From: an uncultured Candidatus Saccharibacteria bacterium
GTDB taxonomy: Bacteria; Patescibacteriota; Saccharimonadia; Saccharimonadales; Saccharimonadaceae
Assembly (NCBI GenBank): GCA_964545515.1
Contig: CAZJFK010000001.1
Span: forward strand, 48,544 to 112,543
DNA length: 64,000 nucleotides
Direction of reading: 5' to 3'
The notes under the pieces: generated by a model
What the model saw: the letters and a program-made list of their open reading frames with translations, nothing else
Databases searched by the model: none
What the model was told of the DNA's origin: nothing
In this document: positions 36,875-44,849 of the stretch, piece after piece
Numbering within the stretch: position 1 is the first letter of the stretch
Layout of the letters: the number at the start of each line of letters is the position of its first letter
Program-made: the position numbers and the translations under genes

Positions 36875-36900
36875 AAGCGAGAGGTGTATCACCTCTCGCT
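36875..36900 (-). terminator. Intrinsic terminator after the giant surface-protein gene
   Basis: AAGCGAGAGGTG-tat-CACCTCTCGCTT, followed by TTTATTT on the minus strand. Confidence 0.8.
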
Positions 36901-36936
36901 TATTTTGCGTGTTAGTTTGTAGGAGCGGTCAGACTC

Positions 36937-39900
36937 TTATACGTTTGCTCGGCTAGCTTTTAGCTTGCGGCGAGTGAATTCTTCGACTGCAATTACTACG
37001 ATAATCATAGGAATCCAGTAGTACCAGCAGACGCCTAGGAATTTGAAGCAACCATCAGTTTTGTGTGTTGCTGCACCAGCAACCTTGCTTTCTTTGGCAG
37101 TAGAACCGCCGTCATCATCTGATACGCTACCGGCATCGTCGGTAGCACCCTGCACATCACCATCGTCGACAGCTACATTGCTAAACCCATTGTTATCACC
37201 ATCTGAATCACCGGAATTAGAACCACCGTTATCCTGATTACCGTCGTCGTTGTTGTCAACAACTGGTTTTGTGTATGTGAAACTAAATGTCTTGGTAGTC
37301 ACATTGCCAGATCGGTCAGTGGCAGTTAGCGTAAACTTGTAGTCGCCCTCAACCGTTACAGTAAACAGTGGATTAAGCGCGCTTGGGTCGCTAACTACAT
37401 TGCTGTCGATATCAGGATTAGCGCTATCGCCTACCCATACGTAAGTGTTACCTGTTTGACTAGGGTCACCGTCTTCATCAGTCAGGCTTGGCTGAATAGT
37501 ACCAGCGCCAGTTACTACGCCAGTTTCATCACCAGTGATATTTGGACCAGTGTTGTCGATAGTAAAGCTGATTACCTTGGTAGAATTTGCGTCTTTGTTA
37601 CCATTATTACCACCTAGGGCGCTAGCTTCGTCACGAGCTTCAAGTTTGACAGTATATAGACCATCACCGTCAAGGGTAAATAACTCTTGGTCGCTAAACG
37701 TAGTTTGGTTATTTACCTGGCGTGGTGATACTACGGATGTAGTAATGTCAGTACCATCCTTGGTAACTGTTACATAGTAATGGAACACGTTATCATCTTG
37801 GATACTAGCTTTGATGTTTACAGGTCCTTGTAGGGTCTGTCCGTCTAGTGACGAACCAAGAGTCACAACAGGTGCCGTTGAGTCATATACCATGTACATC
37901 CAGTCGCTCCACTCACTTACGTTACCGGCTGCGTCTACGGCTTGTACGCGAAATGCGTCAGTACGATCTGTTGGTGGTAACCAGTTTTTGATTGTGCTAT
38001 CAACAGATGCGTCAGTACCGCTAATGGTAGTATGGTAGCCGCCAAGTGATTCGTAGTTGTAGTGATCGACGACTTCGCTGTTGCCATTTACATCAAGTGT
38101 TACAGGATTCCACTGTGGATACACAGCCTGGCGCTTGATAAGCACTGGTATAGAGCTTAGTGCGTAGGTGTGATTGTCGTTTACTGCAAACAGTTTCAAA
38201 CCATCTGGTTGTGCAGGATTAGTGTTGTCGATAGTCAAGGTAAATGGACCAGCTTCATTGCCAGCTGCATCGTATGCGTAGATCTTGTAAGTACCCTCAC
38301 CTAGCCAGCTTAGACCCTTGTAATTTTTGCCTGGCACAACGTTTGTCCACTCAGTTACAAACGTACCGTCTTCTTTGGTAACTTTTATCTTTGAGATATG
38401 ATCATCAGTTGCTTCAATTTCGGGTTTTTGCGCACTGCTAGCTGTCGCGCCGTCATTCAGATAGGTACCCGTCCTGTTGTCGGTATAGTTTCGATTAATC
38501 TCTACCTTAAGTACAGGAGCATCGTTGTCTATCGCGAATGTGCGAACAGCAGTAGCGGCAGTATGTCCAACGAGGTCTTTTGAACCAACCTTTAGTGTAT
38601 ATGCACCGTTTGGTAAGCCAGCTAAATCACAAGTAGTCGACCAGCTAGTTCCAGATACATTGTTGGTCTTCCATAAACAAGTATTGTTTGCAGGATGTTC
38701 ACCATTAGGACCAGTCAGGTGTACTACTACCGTGCTTAGATCTGCAGCATCTATAGCCTCTATAGTTACGGAAGTATTATTGTTAACTACGGCACCATTT
38801 GTAGATGGATTAGTTATCTTGACTACAGACTCTTCGTTATCAAGAGTGAATTTATAGGCATTTGTACTAGACTTACCAAAGCCACCGTCGGCTAGGTAGT
38901 AGTTAGAATCCTTATTACTTAGTGCGTCAACCAGCCTAAAGTACAAACTGATATCACTATAAGTCTTATTGGCAAAGAAACTAGGTACGTAGCTTGCGCT
39001 ACTAGTGTCGGTACGATTAGTTAGATCGATATGTGCCATGTATTTATTAGTTACAGCATCTACAAGCTCTACCTTAGTCCAGCCAGTTGCTGGCGGACCT
39101 GCGAATCCAGGGATACGGAAACCAATTTCAGATCCAACTAGTTTCAATGGCTCATCGGTAGTAAACGTTACGTCTAACTTCCCGCCATTTAATAGTGAGC
39201 TGGTATAGTTTACTCCGTTGTCCGTGATTATATTACTCAGAGTAACGTTTGTAGCCACTGGAGCAGTATTGTCAATTGATACGCTCTTGAACAAAGGAGT
39301 GTTGTGGTTCAACACACCATCTGCACCTTGCGCCAATATACAGTAGCTGCCGTCCAGAGAGCTCGTATCAAGTGTTGCCGTATAATGACCGTCCACTAGT
39401 GTGCCATTTACGGTATATGCGCTCGATAGTGCCGGAAGATTATTCTTACACTCACCAGAGCTATTCTGGTCTGCTAGCCAAAACTTAACACCTGCTACGC
39501 CACTAGCAACGTCGTTCACAATTGGATCATCGGCATCGACAGATATTTGCAAAGTCTTCGATACTAAGCTTGGCGCAACTAAGTTCGTCAGTACTGGTTT
39601 TTTGCCATCAACATGTAATTCTTGGTTATCAATGCGATAATAGTTTCCGATGTTATCGTATACACGGACAGCCAGTGCATAAACGCTGCCGTCTTGGACA
39701 TCGTTTACGTTACTACAAAGATCCTCAACATTGAAAGTTTTAGTAAGTGTGTTACCTACGAAATTAGCGTTAGTCCAGCCATTACATTCGTTCTTCTGAC
39801 TAAATTTACCGTTTGATTCTTTATTTAACCTAAATACAATCCATTTAACATTATCAACACCGCTACCAATACCATCATCAGGATTAGACACGGTGAATTT

Positions 39901-41121
39901 GACGTTATCACCGGGTCGTACATAACGAACACCGTCAATAAGCTTACCGCCAGTGACTGTTAAACTTGCAGTGGGTGCAGTACGGTCAACCATAAAGCTG
40001 TCGCTAGAACTAGTAGTAGTATTGCCGGCGTAATCAGTAAAGACCGCGATGAACTTATGTGTTCCATCTGATAATCCATCCCAAAGTGTCTGGTTATTCG
40101 TATTCTTTGTATCAAAATTCTTGTGATCGCTTGTTAGTGTCCACACGAGATTCTCTGGGGTTACTGAATCTATGTATACAGACTTAGTCGTCCCAACTTC
40201 AGATGTAATTGGACGGACGTGGAAGCCCTGATCAGTACCATAAACAGTCAGAGGCTGCAGCTGCCATGTGACAGTAGGAGCAGTGCTATCGATAGTAAAC
40301 TTCCAAGCATCACTCCATGGTCCTACATTACCAGAGGCATCAGTATATCGAACCTTCCAATAGTAATCACCATCCTCTAGGTCGTTGCCAGGAACTGGAG
40401 TTGAACTACCGACCCTACCGCTACCGTTGTAATTAGGAACGGTCCATACGTAACCGCCATCAGTCCAAACCTCATCTTTATGCTCTGCCTTAGTGACACC
40501 GTATTCAAATGTCACTGGACTAGCATCAGATGGTGCAGTCCAAGAAAAGCCCATATCCCTCAGCGTGCCCATGTTGAGAACGCTACCGTCAGTAGGACTT
40601 GGATTAGTGGCCTGACCGGGAGCAGTCGTGTCACTTGTTACAAGATTAACCGTCTCGTTGAGAACGCGCTCACCCTCTGTGGTGTTGATAGTGGCAGACA
40701 AGTTGATAGGAAAAGTTCCAACCGTATCTGATTTCAAGTAGAATGATCCGTCTACTTTATCCAAAAATGAAGAGTTAACGGTCTTAGACGAGTCCCAATT
40801 TGTCGAATCCGTCGAAACCTCAGCCCCACCAGTAGCCGTAGCTGTAATTGCAGCACTACCTAAACTTACGTGAAAATCATTCCACCCACCAAACAATGAT
40901 TTAAACTCTACAAATGTATATAGTGAGCCGACGCCGCTACCAGCTTCCGTATGAACGACACTAGCCGATGGCGTTAGTTGATATGTAGTAAGCGGCAATG
41001 CATTTGCTGTTTGTGCTGACACCAGTGGTGCTAATGAGCTTACTGCCAATACTGCCGACATAAAGCCGAGCGTGCTACGCTTAAATATATTTGAAATTCC
41101 CTTTGTCAGTCTTAAAGACAT
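36937..41121 (-). CDS. Giant (~1394 aa) secreted Ig-like-repeat surface protein with acidic linker and C-terminal TM anchor
   Basis: Start set at ATG 41121 (MSLRLTKGISNIFKRSTLGFMSAVLAVSSLAPLVSAQTANA, a signal peptide) with SD AAGGGAGAG. There are at least 10 domain boundaries marked by D-(N/S/R)-T-(A/G/N)-P (IDSTAPTV, VDRTAPTA, IDNTAPVA, IDNDAPVL, IDNTNPAQ, YDSTAPVV, IDNTGPNI). A D/N/G/S-rich linker is followed by WYYWIPMIIVVIAV and a basic tail. Confidence 0.85.
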   Translation of the reverse strand: MSLRLTKGISNIFKRSTLGFMSAVLAVSSLAPLVSAQTANALPLTTYQLTPSASVVHTEAGSGVGSLYTFVEFKSLFGGWNDFHVSLGSAAITATATGGAEVSTDSTNWDSSKTVNSSFLDKVDGSFYLKSDTVGTFPINLSATINTTEGERVLNETVNLVTSDTTAPGQATNPSPTDGSVLNMGTLRDMGFSWTAPSDASPVTFEYGVTKAEHKDEVWTDGGYVWTVPNYNGSGRVGSSTPVPGNDLEDGDYYWKVRYTDASGNVGPWSDAWKFTIDSTAPTVTWQLQPLTVYGTDQGFHVRPITSEVGTTKSVYIDSVTPENLVWTLTSDHKNFDTKNTNNQTLWDGLSDGTHKFIAVFTDYAGNTTTSSSDSFMVDRTAPTASLTVTGGKLIDGVRYVRPGDNVKFTVSNPDDGIGSGVDNVKWIVFRLNKESNGKFSQKNECNGWTNANFVGNTLTKTFNVEDLCSNVNDVQDGSVYALAVRVYDNIGNYYRIDNQELHVDGKKPVLTNLVAPSLVSKTLQISVDADDPIVNDVASGVAGVKFWLADQNSSGECKNNLPALSSAYTVNGTLVDGHYTATLDTSSLDGSYCILAQGADGVLNHNTPLFKSVSIDNTAPVATNVTLSNIITDNGVNYTSSLLNGGKLDVTFTTDEPLKLVGSEIGFRIPGFAGPPATGWTKVELVDAVTNKYMAHIDLTNRTDTSSASYVPSFFANKTYSDISLYFRLVDALSNKDSNYYLADGGFGKSSTNAYKFTLDNEESVVKITNPSTNGAVVNNNTSVTIEAIDAADLSTVVVHLTGPNGEHPANNTCLWKTNNVSGTSWSTTCDLAGLPNGAYTLKVGSKDLVGHTAATAVRTFAIDNDAPVLKVEINRNYTDNRTGTYLNDGATASSAQKPEIEATDDHISKIKVTKEDGTFVTEWTNVVPGKNYKGLSWLGEGTYKIYAYDAAGNEAGPFTLTIDNTNPAQPDGLKLFAVNDNHTYALSSIPVLIKRQAVYPQWNPVTLDVNGNSEVVDHYNYESLGGYHTTISGTDASVDSTIKNWLPPTDRTDAFRVQAVDAAGNVSEWSDWMYMVYDSTAPVVTLGSSLDGQTLQGPVNIKASIQDDNVFHYYVTVTKDGTDITTSVVSPRQVNNQTTFSDQELFTLDGDGLYTVKLEARDEASALGGNNGNKDANSTKVISFTIDNTGPNITGDETGVVTGAGTIQPSLTDEDGDPSQTGNTYVWVGDSANPDIDSNVVSDPSALNPLFTVTVEGDYKFTLTATDRSGNVTTKTFSFTYTKPVVDNNDDGNQDNGGSNSGDSDGDNNGFSNVAVDDGDVQGATDDAGSVSDDDGGSTAKESKVAGAATHKTDGCFKFLGVCWYYWIPMIIVVIAVEEFTRRKLKASRANV

Positions 41122-41185
41122 ATAAAACACTCTCTCCCTTACAGCACAGCCCACTCTGCACAACACACACTTTGTTATTGATACT

Positions 41186-41214
41186 ATACTACCACATATT
41201 GACAAATTTGTAAA
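41186..41214 (-). promoter_or_regulatory. Promoter of the giant surface-protein gene
   Basis: The minus strand reads TTTACA (41214..41209), 17 nt, TGG-TAGTAT (41191..41186). About 60-nt leader. Confidence 0.5.
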
Positions 41215-41311
41215 TAGTTTATGTAGATAGTAAACTGCTCTGTTCTGTAATAAATATCATTCTAAGCATGTCCACTTTTTACTGGGATTGTGAGCGTGTA
41301 ATATTAATTAC

Positions 41312-41833
41312 ATGGAAAAGTTTGAGGGATCCAAAAACAAGTCGTATATCGAATATCCATACATGCCCACCGAGGGCGAGATAGTATATGTGAGTGCCGA
41401 CAACGAATATTTGGTACTAGCCAAAGAATTCGCACGCGAATTTTCGCTCGACAAAAACATGCCCAATGCCAGTGTCATCGTGCGCGACGGCCAGGTGCTA
41501 GGAATTGGTGCCAACGGTAGCGATTACCACGACAATAATGGTTGTGAGCGCGTACGCCAAGAGATACCAACAGGCCAAGGCTACGAGCTATGCGAGGGCT
41601 GCCACCCCAAAAACCACGGTGAACAATCAGCTATCAATAATACTCTGGCTCAGTATCCTGACCTGGATTTGAGCGGCGCCGAAGTGTATTTATGGGGCCA
41701 CTGGTGGTGCTGCGAGAGTTGCTGGCAAGCAATGCTAACCCAAGGTATCACCAAAGTATACTTAGTCGATGGCAGCGAGCGACTATTTAACCGCGAAAGC
41801 CCCGATAATATTATCGGGCATCAATTCGACTAA
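41312..41833 (+). CDS. dCMP/cytidine deaminase family zinc protein (ComEB-like)
   Basis: NASVIVRDGQVLGIGANG, an H-x-E motif as HGEQSAI, and a C-x-x-C motif as CCESCWQAM. Confidence 0.75.
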   Translation: MEKFEGSKNKSYIEYPYMPTEGEIVYVSADNEYLVLAKEFAREFSLDKNMPNASVIVRDGQVLGIGANGSDYHDNNGCERVRQEIPTGQGYELCEGCHPKNHGEQSAINNTLAQYPDLDLSGAEVYLWGHWWCCESCWQAMLTQGITKVYLVDGSERLFNRESPDNIIGHQFD

Positions 41834-41856
41834 AATCCCCTAACCTACCTACAAGC

Positions 41857-41888
41857 CCGAGCCTAAGTGCAAACTTGGCTCGGTTTTT
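41857..41888 (+). terminator. Intrinsic terminator after the deaminase gene
   Basis: CCGAGCC-loop-GGCTCGG followed by TTTTT. Confidence 0.7.
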
Positions 41889-41958
41889 AATAGACCAGTT
41901 ATATTAAATTAAAAAAATAATAGCACCATACTAAATGGTGCTATATGAGTCGGAAGAA

Positions 41959-42348
41959 TTACTGCATGCTCTCCAAATATGCTTGATATGCCGCATTGGC
42001 ACTACGAAGATCCTCGACAGCCCAGGCGTACATACGCCTGACTTGGTCATAATTACCGAGTGACATCTCCAAACTACCGAGCAGCATCGTGACGTATTCA
42101 TGATCATAGGTGGGATCATCGACGACTTCCAAGTTGCCCTTGTTCATCAATTCGTTCCACAGACTAGTGATACTGGCGATATCCTTGCGGGCATCGCTAC
42201 GAGCCGTAGCAAGTTCACGACCGGCTTTTGCCAGCTCAGTCTGCGCATTACTGACACACTGAAGTAATTCGGCACGGCGAGCCACATCATCAGCTCGCAT
42301 CGTCTCTTGATCAGCCTCGATTATTGCCGCCAATTCTTGCATATCCAT
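41959..42348 (-). CDS. Hypothetical all-helical 129-aa protein
   Basis: SD GAGGAGA upstream. Heptad-like, Ala/Glu/Arg-rich sequence. No motif recognised. Confidence 0.6.
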   Translation of the reverse strand: MDMQELAAIIEADQETMRADDVARRAELLQCVSNAQTELAKAGRELATARSDARKDIASITSLWNELMNKGNLEVVDDPTYDHEYVTMLLGSLEMSLGNYDQVRRMYAWAVEDLRSANAAYQAYLESMQ

Positions 42349-42524
42349 ACATATCTCCTCGAAGAACGAATCACACCGGGTTGTGCGATTACATTACATA
42401 CCATAACATATAAGTCTAAGATTATCAATATCGTAATCTAGGTCATACAAAAAATATCACCATGGGTATATAATAAGATTACTACTGTTGCGAGGTACAG
42501 CAGTTGAGCACATTAGGAGGTATT

Positions 42525-42833
42525 ATGTATTGGCTGATGGCTTTATCCGTTATCATCATGCCCATCATGGCACTAGTTGTCGTATTTGCTTATGAAGTTG
42601 GTAGATATCATCTAGATAGTCACAAAGGACGATTTGCCATGCGGCCTACAACTGGCAATATCATCACGACGACAGTTGTGGCACTGATATCGATCGCTTT
42701 ATGTGCAGGACTAGGTCTATTGGTCCTACACCTTTTTGCGCCCGTCGGCTTGACTGCCGCCGTCTATGCAATCCTGTGGATACTGTCGGCAATCATGTCA
42801 CTCTACATTGCTATGAATGCCAGTAGTGCATAA
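42525..42833 (+). CDS. Hypothetical small membrane protein (3 TM)
   Basis: ATG 42525 (MYWLMALSVIIMPIMALVVVF...) is preceded by TAGGAGG. The ORF-track TTG start 42504 is less likely. Confidence 0.6.
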   Translation: MYWLMALSVIIMPIMALVVVFAYEVGRYHLDSHKGRFAMRPTTGNIITTTVVALISIALCAGLGLLVLHLFAPVGLTAAVYAILWILSAIMSLYIAMNASSA

Positions 42834-42840
42834 TCCCCAC

Positions 42841-42870
42841 ACAGGAGAGAACCTAACCTCTCCTGTTTTC
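42841..42870 (+). terminator. Intrinsic terminator
   Basis: ACAGGAGAG-aacctaac-CTCTCCTGT followed by TTTC. Confidence 0.75.
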
Positions 42871-43134
42871 AAATTCAGAGCCTAAAAAACTAAAATACAC
42901 CGAGTAATTGACATAGCACAAGCGATATGATATCTTGGAGGTGTTCCCGTCCAAACGGAACAAACACCACAACAAACACAAACAGGGGGATAATGATGCA
43001 TAGCAGAATTATCGACAGGGATACCAACCTAATGTATCCAGCACGGGATATCCATGGAGCCACAGCCAAAGAATCCGCCGTCTGCAACGACGACACATAA
43101 CTATGAGAAATTGATTAATTACTCCTCTGAGTAA

Positions 43135-43530
43135 TTATTTTTTATTTTTCTTTCCTTTGTCCTCGCGGTCGTGAATGTCCCTATGATTCAGACCATAATA
43201 ATGAGCCATCTCATGCCAAATCGTGCGTTTGATTTGCTCGAAAAGTTCGCTTTCACTATGCACTACACGTAAAATCGAGTGCTTGAATAGCGTAATTTTG
43301 TCGGGAGTCATCGCCGCCCAGGTATTTCCCCGCTGCGTAAGCGGTATGCCCTCATATAATCCGAGGAGCACCATGCCATCACGTATTTTCATACGCTGGA
43401 TTTGCTCTGGTGTAGGATTATCGGCCATGGTTATGACAACGTTTTCTAACCCCTTAATATACTCTTGGGGTAGCTCATCCATTGCCCTTGTGATGAGCGT
43501 ATCGAACTCAGCGTCACTAATATCATTCAT
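43135..43530 (-). CDS. Zincin-like metallopeptidase family protein (Zincin_1/DUF1025-type)
   Basis: LLGLYEGIPLTQRG...ITLFKHSI...IKRTIWHEMAHYYGL (HExxH). Confidence 0.82.
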   Translation of the reverse strand: MNDISDAEFDTLITRAMDELPQEYIKGLENVVITMADNPTPEQIQRMKIRDGMVLLGLYEGIPLTQRGNTWAAMTPDKITLFKHSILRVVHSESELFEQIKRTIWHEMAHYYGLNHRDIHDREDKGKKNKK

Positions 43531-43557
43531 ATAGTTACTATACTATATATAGTAATA

Positions 43558-43764
43558 TTAGTCATTCTCGAAAGTAAACCAATCGGGATCTTTTTCGATG
43601 TCTTTGACTATCTTATTCCAACTAGCCGTCAGGTCTTCTTCGCTGACGTCTTCTAGGGTATCAAAAGCCTCTGGCTCGCTTTGCTCGGCCTCCATGGCTT
43701 CACGCAGCCCATCGCCATACGGGTCTGGTGTATCAAACTGTATTTTTTTGTTAAATATATTCAT
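43558..43764 (-). CDS. Hypothetical small acidic protein (68 aa)
   Basis: Co-directional, 27 nt upstream of the metallopeptidase gene. D/E-rich. Confidence 0.5.
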   Translation of the reverse strand: MNIFNKKIQFDTPDPYGDGLREAMEAEQSEPEAFDTLEDVSEEDLTASWNKIVKDIEKDPDWFTFEND

Positions 43765-43845
43765 ATTTGTGTTTTATTAGTTTATGTGTTCATAATAGCA
43801 TAAGAATCATAAAATGTCAATAATCAGGTATGGTACACTAGTGTT

Positions 43846-44274
43846 ATGCAAGCTGTAAACCATTCACTAGCCGGGGCGATTGTAGCAGTTATAGTACCAG
43901 CGCCACTCGTACCAATAGCCGCCATAGCTAGCCATTACCTACTAGATATGACGCCACATTTCGGCAATCATCCGACGATTCACCCGTGGACATACAAATT
44001 CAAGGTCTGGCTAGTAGCCGATGCCATACTGTGCGTAGTTGCCCTACTATACGCCATGGCGCTGCAACCAAACCACTGGTTTATCATCGGTGTTGGAGCG
44101 TTTTTTGGGGCGGCACCTGATCTGCTATGGATATGGAATGGCAAGGGCCCACGCTGGTTCAAAAAGTTCAGCCACTGGGCATCTGTAATCCAATGGGGCG
44201 AACGACCAGACGGCTGGATTTTAGAGCTATTCTATACGCTGATGATGGTAATTACCCTATATCTACTAGCTTAG
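43846..44274 (+). CDS. Hypothetical membrane protein (4 TM)
   Basis: Hydrophobic ORF. The extended -10 TGGTACACT (43831..43839) ends 6 nt before the ATG. Confidence 0.6.
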   Translation: MQAVNHSLAGAIVAVIVPAPLVPIAAIASHYLLDMTPHFGNHPTIHPWTYKFKVWLVADAILCVVALLYAMALQPNHWFIIGVGAFFGAAPDLLWIWNGKGPRWFKKFSHWASVIQWGERPDGWILELFYTLMMVITLYLLA

Positions 44275-44846
44275 ACGTGAGGCTTAGACACATAACGATT
44301 ACCAGTGATATAGAACCGCCAAGGTGTGTCCTGGGCCCTAGATATGCCAACACGTGGACCGGCAGTTATAGCACTATCTGGTAATGGCAGCTGAGGCACT
44401 AGTTTCAGGGGCGCCTCATGCAAATCATGGCCACGAAAAGTAAAATCTATACCCAGTGCACTGGTGAGCTTAGCAGGACCGTTGGTGGTATTAATACCCT
44501 TCATGCCACGATGTACCTCTATAACATCAATACCATCAAGCGGTTCGACAGCCCTAATTAGAACACCCGCACCGTGTCCAGTCTGGCCAGTAACAATATT
44601 GGCGCAATAATGCATACCATAGGTAAAATACACATACAAATAGCCATACGGGCCAAACATCACCTTGGTACGCTCTGTCTGGCCACGATAGCTATGGCTG
44701 GCTTCGTCAAACTGATCGTAAGCCTCGACCTCAACGATACGCACTCGCACCCTAGACCCGTCATCAAACACACGCTCCAATTCACAGCCAAGTAGTAGCG
44801 GCGCAACCTCCCACGATGGTACGTCTAGAAAACTAAAATCATCCAC
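44271..44846 (-). CDS. DNA-3-methyladenine glycosylase (Mpg/AAG family)
   Basis: IVEVEAY...DEASHSYRGQTERTKVMFGPYGYLYVYFTYGMHYCANIV...GAGVLIRAVEP. Confidence 0.9.
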   Translation of the reverse strand: MDDFSFLDVPSWEVAPLLLGCELERVFDDGSRVRVRIVEVEAYDQFDEASHSYRGQTERTKVMFGPYGYLYVYFTYGMHYCANIVTGQTGHGAGVLIRAVEPLDGIDVIEVHRGMKGINTTNGPAKLTSALGIDFTFRGHDLHEAPLKLVPQLPLPDSAITAGPRVGISRAQDTPWRFYITGNRYVSKPHV

Positions 44847-44849
44847 CCT

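Noticed and set aside
41122-41205. A 28-codon N-terminal extension of the giant protein in the ORF track (MSICGSIVSITKCVLCRVGCAVRERVFY).
   Set aside because: The internal ATG 41121 is preceded by AAGGGAGAG and opens a textbook signal peptide. The extension covers the SD and 5' UTR downstream of the mapped promoter.
41959-42348. A possible WXG100/ESAT-6-like secretion substrate: a small helical protein near membrane proteins.
   Set aside because: There is no W-x-G turn at the helix-hairpin centre. The only candidate, LWNELMNKG, does not fit. At 129 aa it exceeds the usual ~100 aa, and no type VII components are in the window.
43541-43554. A perfect 14-nt palindrome, TACTATATATAGTA, resembling an NrdR box (13 of 16 matches to the acaCwAtATaTwGtgt consensus as I remember it).
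   Set aside because: It is a single copy, whereas NrdR boxes normally come in phased pairs. It is not upstream of an nrd gene and is made of TATA-type sequence that equally serves as -10 elements. The local NrdR also lacks its zinc ribbon. It is probably promoter sequence for the metallopeptidase gene.
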